A stretch of DNA of 64,000 bases. Source: Owenia fusiformis (lineage: Eukaryota). The notes beneath the pieces are model-generated. The model had not been told where the DNA came from, did no database searches, and was given only the letters and a program-made list of their open reading frames with translations. A program made the position numbers and the translations under genes. Below are positions 38,652-53,600 of this stretch, one piece after another (positions within the stretch are counted from its first letter, which is position 1; each line of letters opens with the position of its first letter). Location: positions 23,064,001 through 23,128,000 of the forward strand of contig CAIIXF020000001.1 in the NCBI GenBank assembly GCA_903813345.2, read 5' to 3'.

Positions 38652-41600
38652 CTATGGGAATGAGTATATTGCTATCACACCAGACATGCGAGCTCCAAGA
38701 CTGCTATGTAGGGCTGACACTGCTACTTTGGCCTGAAAGCAAACATATACTAGTACATATATGTATATTGTGTTACTAATACTACTCAAAAAATCAAAAT
38801 ACAATTAAAAAGCTCTAATTAAAAAAAAACATTTTTCTGAAAAAGTCAATTTTCATGTTTGACATAATTCTTTGTGGATGATATAATGTATATCTGAAGT
38901 TCAGAACATTACAGAATACGGTGCTATTTTGATTTTATAAAATTTTATTTTCTAGTTTGCATCAAGGCTTGTTCTCCATTCTTGTTCTCCATTAACAATA
39001 AATTATGTATCATGGAAACTGGAACAGGACCAGTACAGTCTTTATGATTGGTGGAAGTAAAACTTATACCTGAACCAATCAAAACACTGCATTAGATACT
39101 GAATCTAAATTTCTAATTCTCAATACTTAATTGTGGTTTCAGTTGTGAAGTTACTGAATCAGTGAGTAGCGAGTGACAGTGAGTAGGGGACAGAGAACAA
39201 GTCAGATGCAAGACTATTTGTTTCATGTATGTATTCATATAGTTACTTGTTTCCCTGGTGATTTAACAACAGCAACATTACTACCAAATCTAGCTTGCTC
39301 TTCCCCATAACGTAATTCATAGGTGGCCTGGAATAGCAAAGGACACACAATCTTACATTCAGACAACATATATACATGTACATAGTGTGAATAGTTCTAT
39401 AAATGTCAGTTAGGCCAAGGCTCTTGACCAATCAAAAGCTTTTGCATTGATGATGAGACAACCCATTTTGAATGCTACAGAAAACAATGCAGAAAAATCT
39501 TATTGCAGTAACAGCTTATGAATATCCATGTACCATTCCTACTTCTCATATTTTTTAGATTGAAATCAATTTCATTCTTTTTGTTCCTGTCGTGGAGGTA
39601 CGATATTGAAAGACAACGACATTTCAGAAAATGAACTGCTGGAAAAATCCTTGGTAAGATCAACTTACTGAGTGCTGGGGGCAAGGTACTACTAGCGACA
39701 TCTGAGGGCAGTCTGTGGTTGTAGAATTAAATTCTGGGAAGCGATCATAATTGGACATGTAGATATAGACTCTGCCTTCCTCAGCTAAAAAACACATTAT
39801 CCCATTATACATGTAGTGCTGTACTAGTAAGCATACAATTACATGTAGTGTGCCTGTACCACAGACTAGTTCATTTGAACGCTTCTGTTACTCCATCCAA
39901 AGCCACATCTGGAAGATGTTGGCTATTAAGCAAAAGTTTTTCACTTTCCTTTTGGATTTTGAAACGACCAGACAGTCTGCAATATGGAAGTGTGTTTCTT
40001 AAATCTGAATAGAGATTAGTATTCGTGAAAGGGGAACCGCTGTCCACCTGGGAATGCTGACTCATCAGTCTCATTCATAATAATCCATTAGTCAAGCCTC
40101 AAGGCATCGTGCTCATCATTAGAGGGGTGAATGGAAACTTGATGCGATACTAATGAATCTAGGTTCATAGAACAAATACAGTAAAACCTTCAAAGTGGAA
40201 CACCTTTGTTGGTAGAACACCTCCTAATTTGAACATTATTTCAAAATATCAAACTTTAAAATGTTCTTCTAACGCATATCGAGTTTTACTGTATACCATA
40301 CCTCCATAAAGTTCCCCTGTGATGTCATCCGTTCTCAGGGGTGCAGTGATGATCAGGTCATCTAAACCATCGCCATCTATATCACTGAACTGGAATATAA
40401 CACAACAGCTGATAACATTGCATGGTTAGTTTGAGGATCCTGGGAGTGGCTCATTTGAAATAACATGTGATAAAGTTGATAATGTATTCATTCTAATGAA
40501 TTGTGTTTTTATAATTTTTGTAGTTTTGTGTAACTTTTATAGTTTTGTACACATAATAATGAAGCAATACTAATAATTATATATATCACACTTTCACAAA
40601 CACCGATGCTTACTAAATTTCAATTGTATAATTTGTACAGCATAGTATTAATCTACAATACAACTAAACAGAGTTGTACAGTAAAACCTGTGTATATTGA
40701 TCATTTTTTGCCAAGTAAAAATGTTCAGTGTTTGTAGGTATACATGGATGGTTATTTATAGAATGGTCTGAACTCTGAAGTAGATATTTTGAATTTTCTA
40801 ACTGTCCCCTCCACTAATTACAGAGAATATGACAGCTTTCTTTTAAGGGTCATACCTGTAGATGGTGCCCAAACCTATCATAGCGCCTGTCACCAGAGAA
40901 TGTAGCAACAAGATACTTGTCATCAGATAGTAGTCTAGAGACATTGTACATGAGGACAGTACCAGCTTGTGTGACGCTTACTGGTAAACCTAACACACTA
41001 CCAGAAACAGCTAAGAAAATAGAGACACAAATGTGAAAAATCAACTTGGAAAATTCTTTGAAATGTCTTGAATTTACCTAATGTTTTATACTTATTACTA
41101 TTATAATATAAGACCACCACTCCCAATGAAAAAATGCAATATTGGACATAAGATTCAATCAATATTAAGATGATATTACATTTAGGTATCTCATATGTCA
41201 TTATTCTCTATAAACAGGTGAACTGCACTGACATCTATTTTCAAACTTCTAATTCTTATCACCAAAGCCTATGACGGTAGAGGTACCAATAAAGCCACTT
41301 ACTGTTCTATCTGAGATAAACATTCAAAGATAATTTCAAAATCATGCAGTATTTCACCATTTAGAGCAGTTTTCGCTTGATTTTAGTCAAATGTGAACCT
41401 CCTTGATTTTTTCAGAAAGTCAACCCCGCTTGGCAAAAGCTAGCTAAGGGCCTGTAGAAGTTACATAGTTGCTAATATAAACTTACAGTTGCTGGGCATG
41501 CTTATAGCCAACATATCTGTGTATTTCTCGTAAGGCATCCCAACAGAGAAACTGTGTCCAAGGTTGCTGAATTCCTCCCTCCCTTCAAATAGATGGATGA

Positions 41601-44600
41601 GAGAGGGTGGTCGGTACACATAAAACTTCCCTACACTCTGGGTATCCTCATCAGAAAATGTACAATTTGGACTGAAACATAACAAAACATGTTTATAGTG
41701 GCCTGGACACCTACTTGAAAATACAGTTATGTCAAATCTCCAACTTTCCTTCAACAATCTATAACTTATTTTAGCTCATTTTGGAATTTCTATAACTCTT
41801 TGAAATTGAAAAATGCACTTTTATCTTTTGGAGTAAATGAATCACATACTGTTTCTTGTGTATGTAACTTTTTAGTATCAACTGTTTTTATGACATAAAT
41901 AAACATTTTCATTAAGAAGTATTGTAATGTTTTTTAACACAAAAGGGATATACATTTCTTATTTTAATCCGAATGAACACGTATCACTCATATCTAGAGT
42001 TCTTTCCCATTTACATCAACTGAACAGGGTTTTAAACACTAGCAAATTGGAAAGTGCTTGTTTAGCAACTTCAGTCCTTTACACCAACAATGTAATGTGA
42101 ATATTCATCACATTAAGTATTTAGAAACATGTTCAATTGAGCAAACGCTCTCATAGAAAACAATGTGAGTTCTCACATGGCTGTCTCGGGTATTATTCAT
42201 CCACATTGATGATAAATTTGTAAACTTTTGTCTTCAAACAACACAATCTAATACTTGCAGAAAAGGAGTGTTTTCTAAACACTTATGCCATGCTCATTTG
42301 ACTGAAATATGAAACAGTAATTAGGATTTGCAATTCTCTATAGCTTACATTTGGCATTTTCTGTATGTAGGGGCTCCAACCATGACCCACATTCCACTGA
42401 GACTTGTCTTCTTGACCTTGACATCATAGCCGAACCAGGAATAATCCTGTTCCCCATCTACTCTCCAATCAAAGTCTAAAGTTGTCAAAGAGACGTGGCC
42501 TTCAAAAATATAAACATACATACTGTATTCTATACAACCTGGTATATCAGTTACAGGTCTTCTTGGACTGTCATTATATTGGTGCATTTATCATTATATT
42601 TATAGTTTAATATGAAATGGAGCACTTTATTTTTTAGTAAAATTTATTTGATATCTGATAGGTTTGGTAACTAACAGGCATAGTATATTATTGATGACTA
42701 TAAAGTTCAGTTTTTATGGGCCATTAATTTACAGTACTTCTCCAGTACTTTAGTATTACAAAGCTAAACTCCCCCAAAATTACCAACCTTTTTGGTAGAC
42801 TGATTTAGCATAGATGGCGCCTACAAATCCCCGGAGTGCACTTCCATTAACTACAGGCGCGAATGGAGCTCCAATGACAAGGTCATTGTATGTGTCCCCA
42901 TTCAGATCTCCACTGCTGAGAGAGTAACCAAGGTTACAATAGACTGCCTGGAGATATGCAAGGAATCAAATCTAAGTACAGGGTGGTAAAAAAAATGGAA
43001 ACCCTTATACTATTTTCCTCATATATTTGTCATTTTAAGACATAACTCCCTGATATTTTGCACATTTGTACATCATCCAATTTCCTATCAGCCTACTTTA
43101 TATCATCAGGCCTGTCAACTGTCCCGCAATTTGCGTATTTGTCACGCATTTGCTGAAGAATTTGAAGTCACGCCAGTTATTTTTGCGTGACAGAAAATGT
43201 CACGCAAATACGCATTTTACCTGGTAATTGTCAAGCAAAAATATTTATGTAGAAAAATTTCTAAAAAAGATGGTCTACACAGCAAAAATACAAACGCCGT
43301 AAAAAATGTACGCATTTCGTTCGGACTTTTCACGCGAATTACGTTTATGTCACGCATTCCGTTCGGAATTTCCGTACCTACCCCCCCCCCGTTGATGGTT
43401 GTTTTTAACGCGAGCGTAGCGAGAGCGAAAAATTTGAGGTGTTCAAAATTTGGCAAGATGTAATAAAATTTAAACCAAGGTGTTCAAAATTTGGATCAAG
43501 GTGTTCAGATTTGGACCAAAGTGTCCACATTTTGAGGGGAGGTGTTCAACATTGCCAAGTCACTCATGTTAGGTGTGCCCAAGTTGACAGGCCTGTATCA
43601 TGACCATCAGATTGATAGTCACAATGTTACAGCACTTTACAGAACATGCCCTAGTGGCCACTATTGCGCTATCGGGCCACCTGCACTGGCCGTCCAAAAT
43701 GTCCCTACCTGTAGGGATATGGCAAGGAAAAAGTGTATGAGAATGACCTCAGGACAATCACAAACCTCAAAAGTGAGACCATCCATATCATTCAGGCCAT
43801 ACCTGCTGAGGAGTGCATTCGGCCCATTGACAACTGTGCAGGTTTGCCTACAGCGCGATGATGGCCAAACTTGAAGCATGTTATTCAAAGTGCTGTAAAA
43901 TTGTGACTATCAGTCTGATGGTCATAAAATTTGGTAGGGTGGTAGATGTACAAATGTGTGAAATATCAGGGAGTAATTCCTTAAAATGGCAAAGATATTA
44001 GGAAAATGCAGGGTTTCCATTTTTTTGACCACCCTGTATAAGGTTTTCTAGAATGTACATGTACATACACAACAGATGTGATATAATTCTACTTTCTACT
44101 TGACATTTTTAGCCAGTGTGTATTGCCTGGCAATATACAGGGTGTCAAATATGCAGTCTGTTCTCCCCCTTAACATTTTTGATTTAAAAATAACATATGG
44201 TTATTATATATCATCTTAAAGGGAATCACACACCAAAATTCAGACTCATTGGTTAAATTCCCAAATTTTTAGAGCATTTTTAGTGATGTCAATTTTTCAC
44301 ATTTTTAATAGTTTGTATGTAATCCCCAAGCAGCTCAGACAGCCTCAGTTCTACAAAGATATGGTTCAAAAATGTTCATACGAGGGGTGGTGCACTTTCC
44401 AGGCTTCTAAGAGCTTTCTTGAAACATTTGAGCAAAATTTCATGGCTATGAAGTTTCTCCTCTGGTCATAAGGTTTTCTATGAAACACACATGTTTTATA
44501 TTATAGATAGAGATGTACAAACCTGACATTCCACAGTGAGGTCTGGTACTGAAGACAAAAAACCTCCTGGTCTACCATAGTACACATACACTCTGCCCTG

Positions 44601-47600
44601 AAAAAATGGGTGAAATATATTCTAGACAGGGATTAACCACGAATTCTTGATAGATAAGGTATACTGAACACAAATCTTGATAAGCTAACAGGATAACTCA
44701 TCCTTAAGACAAGTCATCCCAAGGCAACTCATCTATAAGGTAAGTCATCTAAAAGACAACTGGCCAAAGAAAGTCATACCGAGTACATGTATAACTGGCA
44801 AAAGACAAGTCATACCAAAGACAACTGGTCAAACACAAGTCATCCCAAAGACAAAAGCCCAACCACATGTCATACCAAAGACAAAAGGCTAAAGACAGGT
44901 CATCCCAAGAAAGGTTATCTTTAAAAGCTCATCCCAGGACAACACTACCCAAAACAAGTTATCCCAAGGCAACTCATCTGTAAGGTAAGTCATCCCAAAG
45001 TCAAGTGGCCAAAGAAAGTCATACCAAGTACAACTGGCAAAAAGACAAGTCATACCAAATACAGCTGGCAAAAGACAAGTCATACCAAAGACAACAAGTC
45101 AAAGACAAGTCATCCCAAAGACAAAAGGCCAAAGACAGATAATCCCAAGAAAAGTTATCTTTAAATAGCTCATCCCAAGAAAACTCATCCAAAAACAAGT
45201 CATCCCAAGACAAGTCATCCCAAAGACAATTAATCCCAAGACAAGTCATCCCAAAGACAATTAATCCCAAGAAAAGTCATTCCAAAGACAACTAATCCCA
45301 AGACAAGTCATTCCAAAGACAACTAATCCGAAGACAACTAATCCCAAGACAAGTCATCCCAAGACAAGTCATTCCAAGACAAGTCATTCCAAAGACAACT
45401 AATCCCAAGACAGGTCATTCCAAGAAAAGTCACCCCAAGACATCTCATCCCAAGACAACTAATCCCAAGACAAGTCATTCCAAGACAAGTCATTCCAAAG
45501 ACAACTAATCCCAAGACAAGTCATTCCAAGAAAAGTCATCCCAAGACATCTCATCCCAAGACAAGTCATTCCAAGAAAAGTCATCCCAAGACATCTCATC
45601 CCAAGACAACTAATCCCAAGACAAATCATCCCAAAGACAATTAATCCCAAGACAATTAATCCCAAGACAAGTCATTCCAAAGACAACTAATCCCAAGACA
45701 AGTCATTCCAAGAAAAGTCATCCCAAGACATCTCATCCCAAGACAACTAATCCCAAGACAAATCATCCCAAAGACAATTAATCCCAAGACAATTAATCCC
45801 AAGACAAGTCATTCCAAAGACAACTAATCCCAAGACAAGTCATTCCAAGAAAAGTCATCCCAAGACAACACATCCAAAGACAAATCATCCAACATACATC
45901 ATCATAAAAAAGATAAATGACAGCAATAACAATTACCCCTTTTTTCAAATCTTTAATTTTGCAAGACAGTATAATAAAAATATGAATTATGAAATAATAA
46001 CATTCAACATATTAATAGTTTTTAGCTCTCAAGGGTGAACTATTGTATTGAGAGCTATACAATAAAAGTACAAACACACATTATGTGTGTGGTTGTACTA
46101 AATGTACTGAGAGATAAGTAATTGCCACTCAGTTATTTTTTGATCAGATAATCCGTTTAATTTTGACATTAAGCTCATTTTATAGTATTTTTATAATAAA
46201 AAACACTTGAAAAATTGATATCGAGTTATATTTTTATATTCAACAAATCTCCCTTCACATGTAATGTTTGAAAAATTGATATTGATCATAAAAGTATTTT
46301 TGAACTCAAATTAATTTCTGCCATCAATATCTGTTGAAATGAAGAGGCTGTCAAGAAAATTTGCTACGTAACACGTACACTTTCATCTTTAGATCAAACA
46401 AACCTGCCTTTATGTTTGAAAAACTGATATTGATCATAAAACTACTTTCACCTAAATTTTAGCCATCAATGCCTGTTGCAATGACGCAGCTGTCAAGAAA
46501 ACTACATTTTCACCTTTTAATCCAACAAACCCAGCTTTTATATGCTTAATACTTACTGTATATTGAAGTACTTTTGATCCAATAGATGGCGCACCAACTG
46601 CAAGGTCAGGGTAGCCATCCCTGTTAATGTCAACTATCGCAAGTGAGCTGCCAAATCTTCCATTCTCCTGAAAGAATAACAAAAAAATGAATATCCCCTT
46701 ACTATCAGAATGGTCGGACTCTTACAGATGATTAGACACATTTTACTGATAAGATATTTACAAAAAAACAATATTTTTTCTTCAACCTAGCCAACCATCT
46801 ATTGCCTCAGCCTCCGACCTTGTACTGTATTGTTAAATCTAATGATAATGAAGGTGATAAAAAAGCTTATGTGCTTACATTGGACCAACAGTTGGACAAA
46901 TAGACGGATGGACTGAATGACGGATCAATGAATGCATGCCTATCCAATCCCATGAGCCGCGCAAAACCTGAATGAATCTTGTTCTGGCTCCACAATATAG
47001 ATGAATAAGATATTCTCAATGACATTAAAGGTATCAACTTAGTCGGTTGGATATAATTTATTTAAAAGGTATTTTGGAGATAAGCAAGATTTTCTTTACC
47101 TTATATGGGCCTGAGATGGTGAAGTTGGACACGTCATCTAGGTCAATGTTGAAGCCACTAGGTAATCCTATCCTTGAACCTAAAATTATATGATAAGTGA
47201 AATAGGTGATGTAAATGGAGAAATTCAGAAGATATTCAAAGGAGTCCTAAAAGTGGTACCCTCAATTTATGTACAATTGTATAATGTCATTTCAGGCTTT
47301 TATACATTGTATGGGACTTGAAAAGAATTATGTTGAATATTTTTATCAATCAGATGAATATGAGAGGTTGTCAATATATTGATATTCTCACATGTTATAA
47401 TCATGTAAGCTATGATATGCTTCACTCCCTATAAGCAATTGTCCATGAAGAATCTGAAATACCATCTTGATTCATCAAGGCATTACAATGATTGAGGGAA
47501 TACACTGGTTTAACACACAGTCTTTGGTTTACACATGGGCTTTCAACTAGTCTAGTTGAAAGCCCATGGTTTACAGTATGCTGAAATACACTGATGAGGT

Positions 47601-50600
47601 TTTAGAAACATGTGCTTTAGGGGCGGGGTCAAAATATCAATGTTCATATGGAGACGAAAGTAATTTCGTTTGGACAACAACCCCCCCACCCCCCCCTCTA
47701 GACGAAAGCTTAGGTCACTTCAAAAAAACATTGATTAATAATCGTATCCTATTTGCCGGGTTATTATTATGGTGAATTAACACACGTTCGCAATTTAACT
47801 GCATTGAACTCTTCAAAAGGAGGAGGGAAAAGTACGGAATTTATTTGAAAAATGATCGAATTATCGTCTTTATCTACCGATATTTTGGACCTATCACACA
47901 AAAAAGCTCACGAACTATTGAAAACAAGCCTTTTTATCAGAACATAGCGCCAGAAAAAGTGGGTAAGTCCAATTATTTTTTGTATGTCAGTGCCCAAAAA
48001 CCCCCTCCCCCTCGCGAAAGTACTTTCGTCTCCATATGAACATCGATATTTTGACCCCGCCCCTTAATTATACAGAGAAAGGCCTCTGTGATGAAGTTTG
48101 CAACATTTACATGTACAGTTACAGTAGTCTAGATGAAAACAAAGCATTTATCATTGAACCTTGTTTTGGAGTATATACAATGTTTAATTGCATTTTTTGA
48201 TAGTTAGACATGTCCTGATCAAAAAGCCACAAATATGCAGTTGTAGTAGGTTGAGCGTTTTTTTCTATTGTCTTTTTAAAATTATGTAATATTTCTGAAA
48301 GGGGGCGTGGCACATTTGGTAGTATTCATGTATTTATATGGAGTTAAATATCCCTTATCAGTTATTTCTGTTTAATTTATGACTTGCAATACACATATCT
48401 ACCTGTGAACATTCTCTCTCTGAAAAAATACAGTAATTATGCAAATTAAGTCATTAAATCAACACTACCAGAACAATGTAAACTAAGTGCAGTAGCGATT
48501 GTCTGATTTTTATAACGGGTTCACCTTTGGTAGAACAGAGATTTGGTATCATTGTAAAGCTAAGAATGTAAATGTGTTACAAGTGGAGTTAATTTCACTT
48601 GAATAACATAACCCTAAATTAGAGTAGAATAAATACGATCTAGTATTTCAATTATGAGTATAGGGGTAAAAGAAGTGTATAACAACTGCGTTTTTATGCA
48701 TATTGATTAGCTTACTAATTAGCATATAAATTTTAATTCCTTTTTTACATCAAGTCAATTTGATTATTTGTGCAATATAATACACTATGATATCGCAGTC
48801 TTAGCTTGTATTCGCGAACGCAACTAACGCCGTCGGCTACGTGTAGTAGCAGATAGAGTTGAAATTACATATTCAGTATTAAAACAACTTTGCTTATAAA
48901 ATCTTCATTTCTTTTTTTTTAATTGTAATATGTAATCCAGTTCATTCTGACACTAATCTTATTTTATTTAAGATTTAAATTTTAAAAATACACTTCATTA
49001 TAGAATATTGATTCCAAAAGATACCCCATTTCATCATTGTGAATTCGTATTTTTTCAGAAAAAAAACTAGTAGGCCAATTAGTATTACTGTAATATTCTG
49101 AAGATATAATTTTGCTCCTAGACACCCTGCTCTTGTTATAGATACGAACAGGACTAATACGTTACAAATGAACACCGTAAATAGTTGAATTCTATCTATT
49201 CATTTATTTGCGATAACCTGTGTGGCATTTTGTCTTGTTAATGTTGCAAGATTATCTTTTAATGTAAAGTTGGCATTAATTTTTGTCACTAGTTTGTCCA
49301 TATGAGCCAAAACTCATTGATCATAAAAGAGTATACCGTTTCTACTTTTCTCATTTATTAAATTGTAATGTAATATATTTCATTCTGACACTAATCATAT
49401 TTTATTTAAGATTTAAATTCTAATAATACACTTCATTATAAAATATTGATTCTAAAAGATACACTGTTGCTTCATTGTGAATTAGTAACTGTTCAGAAAA
49501 AAAACATTATCAAGAATCAAATTAAATGAGCAAATACTATGTTTTAATATTCTGATGAAACGATTTAGCTCCTAGACATCCCGCCCTTGTTTTAGATTTG
49601 AATGGGACTACTATGCTACATAGGTCTACATGAACATAGTAAATGGTTAAATCCAGGATTCATGCATTCAGTTTCAAAAGGTGGTATTATTAATCTATTG
49701 TCACCTGATATAATTGAAGCTAATACAAGTATTTCATAACTTCAAAGTATTTCCTAAACAATGACCTTTAACATGTAATAGCAGATAGACTTGAAATAAC
49801 ACATTCAGTATTAAAATAACTTTGCTTATAAAATCTTATATTTTACTTTATTCAACTGAAATTATTTAATTTAGTAATTTACATGATCAAGGAGGGAAAT
49901 AAGTAATTATATCAAACATGTTATAAAAACGAGACATTAATGTCAATGATGCAATTCTTATATAATCTGGAACAATATCCAATTAACACATCTTCACTTG
50001 TATGTCTAAAATTGTTTGCAATAACCTCATATGTCTTGCTAATTCTGCTGCAAGATTATCTTTTAATGTCAATTAAGTTGGCATTTGTTTTGTCACTCGT
50101 TTCTCCGTATGAGCCAAGACTCAGCAGGATTAAATATTGATCATAAAAGAGTATAAGAATGAGTAATTTTGTGAGGTAAAGTGTTTCACAGGTCTGACCC
50201 TGTCTTACTTATAGAGTATTATTCCATGTTTGTTCTGAACATACTCGATTTAAGATTGTATATTTGTCTGGTTTGAATGTGGTAGAATTAGTGATTCTGA
50301 GTTTATATAATAAGGTTTTGTTTCTTGGAGCTGATGATTACATCATGATAAATTAATTACCCTACATACAATTCTGCTGATTTTTTCATAACACTTTTGT
50401 TATATCTCTAGCACCAGCTACTGAGAATTTGAGGATTCTACCAGATGCCTTTAAAGGGTTCCGATTAGCATCCCATATAAAAACAATATGGCGGCTCCAG
50501 GCGAATCAACTGGATCAGTCCATTTATAAGAAATAAGGGGAGTTCTGTAAAATCCAGTTTATTGAAATTGTCTTTGAGATAAAGTAATCCGTTTATAATG

Positions 50601-53600
50601 ATTTTGAAAACGTTATCCAAAGAGTGATTGCGTTCAAAGAATACATGTACAACAGCCAATATAAATCCTTGTATTAGAAACCGGTTTGTCTTGCTTTGTT
50701 TCATTTGTAGGATATTTCATATGCCAAGCTGTGTGCTATTACGTTATGGGGAAATTTAGATGCCAATTTTTCCTTATTATACACAAATAGAAGATCCTGA
50801 AACTTCACCCATAAATGTGGAATTGATTTGTCAAAATAAAAATCACCCTTTTATAAATGTGTGACGATCTATAATAGACTTATGCTATATAACAGTTAGA
50901 GGTATTGACACAACGACCTCGAACCTGTGAACCCTTGAGTATTATTCCGGGATCGGGCCTTTTATACTAAACGGTGAGCAACACCAGAAACGAGCGTTCG
51001 ATTTGCTAAACGATATGCGTCACCCTTTAAAGCGTTTAGAGAAAAACTTAACTGTAAAGGCCTTTTGTACTCCCCTCCCCCTTACACACTACCCTACCTC
51101 GATAGCGCATGCGCGAATTTTTTGGCTTTCAATCAGGTCGCTTTTGAGTATATCGACTGCTTAGTGAAAAGGTTAATACGTTTGGTGCTCGGAGTGAGTC
51201 AATATTGCTATTCGCTGAACTTCAGTGGTGCAATAGTGAAGTCCATGTTCCAAGTTATATGATAGTTGAAGAAATAATGTAAATAATATTGTTTTAAATT
51301 TTAAAATATTTGATATGTCATAGTACACGGTACACAGCTGCAAAAGTTGATCAATACAGGGTACAAGGAATGTAAATTGTTCAATAGTACAGGGAGCGAG
51401 AAAGTAAGCTGATTATACAGACATACTATGTCCCGATCTCATGTATATTTACGTTGCAAACAGTGAAAATAATACTAAAAAGGCCGCCTGTTGATGCTTT
51501 GAGGTGTCATCAATTGTTATTTAATCCAAATAAAGTAAACATTATTTAGTAGATTTAGACACGGGCTTTCAGGTCGTAAATGCATTTTAGTCATTAAATT
51601 AACAAGAACGCTAGATTATACGTGTTACTAGGGTATCAAATTGAAATAAAATAACGAAATTAAATATAAACACGTAAGTGATAAATGACTATTGGCTATC
51701 AGGATTAATGACTATCCGCTATTCAGAATAATTAAAATTGCGTGAACTACATGTAAAGAATCTTTCTATATAACCCCTTGAATGGTCTAATTCACTACCG
51801 TTCTAATAAACCGATCATTTAAAATAGTTTGTTCAAAATACCATCATGCTACGACATTTTGTTCTTCACGATTTGCTGTAGAGGTGATATGACGTCGTAT
51901 TTCTCTATTATTGTAAAAAAACTAATACCAGATCGATGTAGTTTTATATGACGTGTTGAATGTCAGATGTCATTTACATGTACAGTTACAGTAGTCTAGA
52001 TGAAAACAAAGCATTTATCATTGAACCTTGTTTTGGAGTATATACAATGTTTAATTGCATTTTTTGATAGTTAGACATGTCCTGATCAAAAAGCCACAAA
52101 TATGCAGTTGTAGTAGGTTGAGCGTTTTTTTCTATTGTCTTTTTAAAATTATGTAATATTTCTGAAAGGGGGCGTGGCACATTTGGTAGTATTCATGTAT
52201 TTATATGGAGTTAAATATCCCTTATCAGTTATTTCTGTTTAATTTATGACTTGCAATACACATATCTACCTGTGAACATTCTCTCTCTGAAAAAATACAG
52301 TAATTATGCAAATTAAGTCATTAAATCAACACTACCAGAACAATGTAAAGTAAGTGCAGTAGCGATTGTCTGATTTTTATAACGGGTTCACCTTTGCTAG
52401 AACAGAGATTTGGTATCATTGTAAAGCTAAGAATGTAAATGTGTTACAAGTGGAGTTAATTTCACTTGAATAACATAACCCTAAATTAGAGTAGAATAAA
52501 TACGATCTAGTATTTCAATTATGAGTATAGGGGTAAAAGAAGTGTATAACAACTGCGTTTTTATGCATATTGATTAGCTTACTAATTAGCATATAAATTT
52601 TAATTCCTTTTTTACATCAAGTCAATTTGATTATTTGTGCAATATAATACACTATGATATCGCAGTCTTAGCTTGTATTCGCGAACGCAACTAACGCCGT
52701 CGGCTACGTGTAGTAGCAGATAGAGTTGAAATTACATATTCAGTATTAAAACAACTTTGCTTATAAAATCTTCATTTCTTTTTTTTAATTGTAATATGTA
52801 ATCCAGTTCATTCTGACACTAATCTTATTTTATTTAAGATTTAAATTTTAAAAATACACTTCATTATAGAATATTGATTCCAAAAGATACCCCATTTCAT
52901 CATTGTGAATTCGTATTTTTTCAGAAAAAAAACTAGTAGGCCAATTAGTATTACTGTTATATTCTGAAGAAATAATTTTGCTCCTAGACACCCTGCTCTT
53001 GTTATAGATACGAACAGGACTAATATGTTACAAATGAACACCATAAATAGTTGAATTCTATCTATTCATTTATTTGCGATAACCTGTGTGGCATTTTGTC
53101 TAGTTAATGTTGCAAGATTATCTTTTAATGTAAAGTTGGCGTTAATTTTTGTCACTAGTTTGTCCATATGAGCCAAAACTCATTGATCATAAAAGAGTAT
53201 ACCGTTTCTACTTTTCTCATTTATTAAATTGTAATGTAATATATTTCATTCTGACACTAATCATATTTTATTTAAGATTTAAATTCTAAAAATACACTTC
53301 ATTATAAAATATTGATTCTAAAAGATACACTGTTGCTTCATTGTGAATTAGTAACTGTTCAGAAAAAAAACATTATCAAGAATCAAATTAAATGAGCAAA
53401 TACTATGTTTTAATATTCTGATGAAACGATTTAGCTCCTAGACATCCCGCCCTTGTTTTAGATTTGAATGGGACTACTATGCTACATAGGTCTACATGAA
53501 CATAGTAAATGGTTAAATCCAGGATTCATGCATTCAGTTTCAAAAGGTGGTATTATTAATCTATTGTCACCTGATATAATTGAAGCTAATACAAGTATTT

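Noticed and set aside
38637-38654. Leaky stop context TAG CAA CTG at the GPLD1 end
   Set aside because: Imperfect match to UAG-CAR-YYA, and read-through would add only about five residues before the next TAG.
39406-39474. Candidate GPLD1 terminal exon (HSKWVVSS...PWPN*) after a tgtag acceptor
   Set aside because: The exons at 39327-39247 and 38732-38652 match the GPLD1 C-terminus much better; this one has no homology support.
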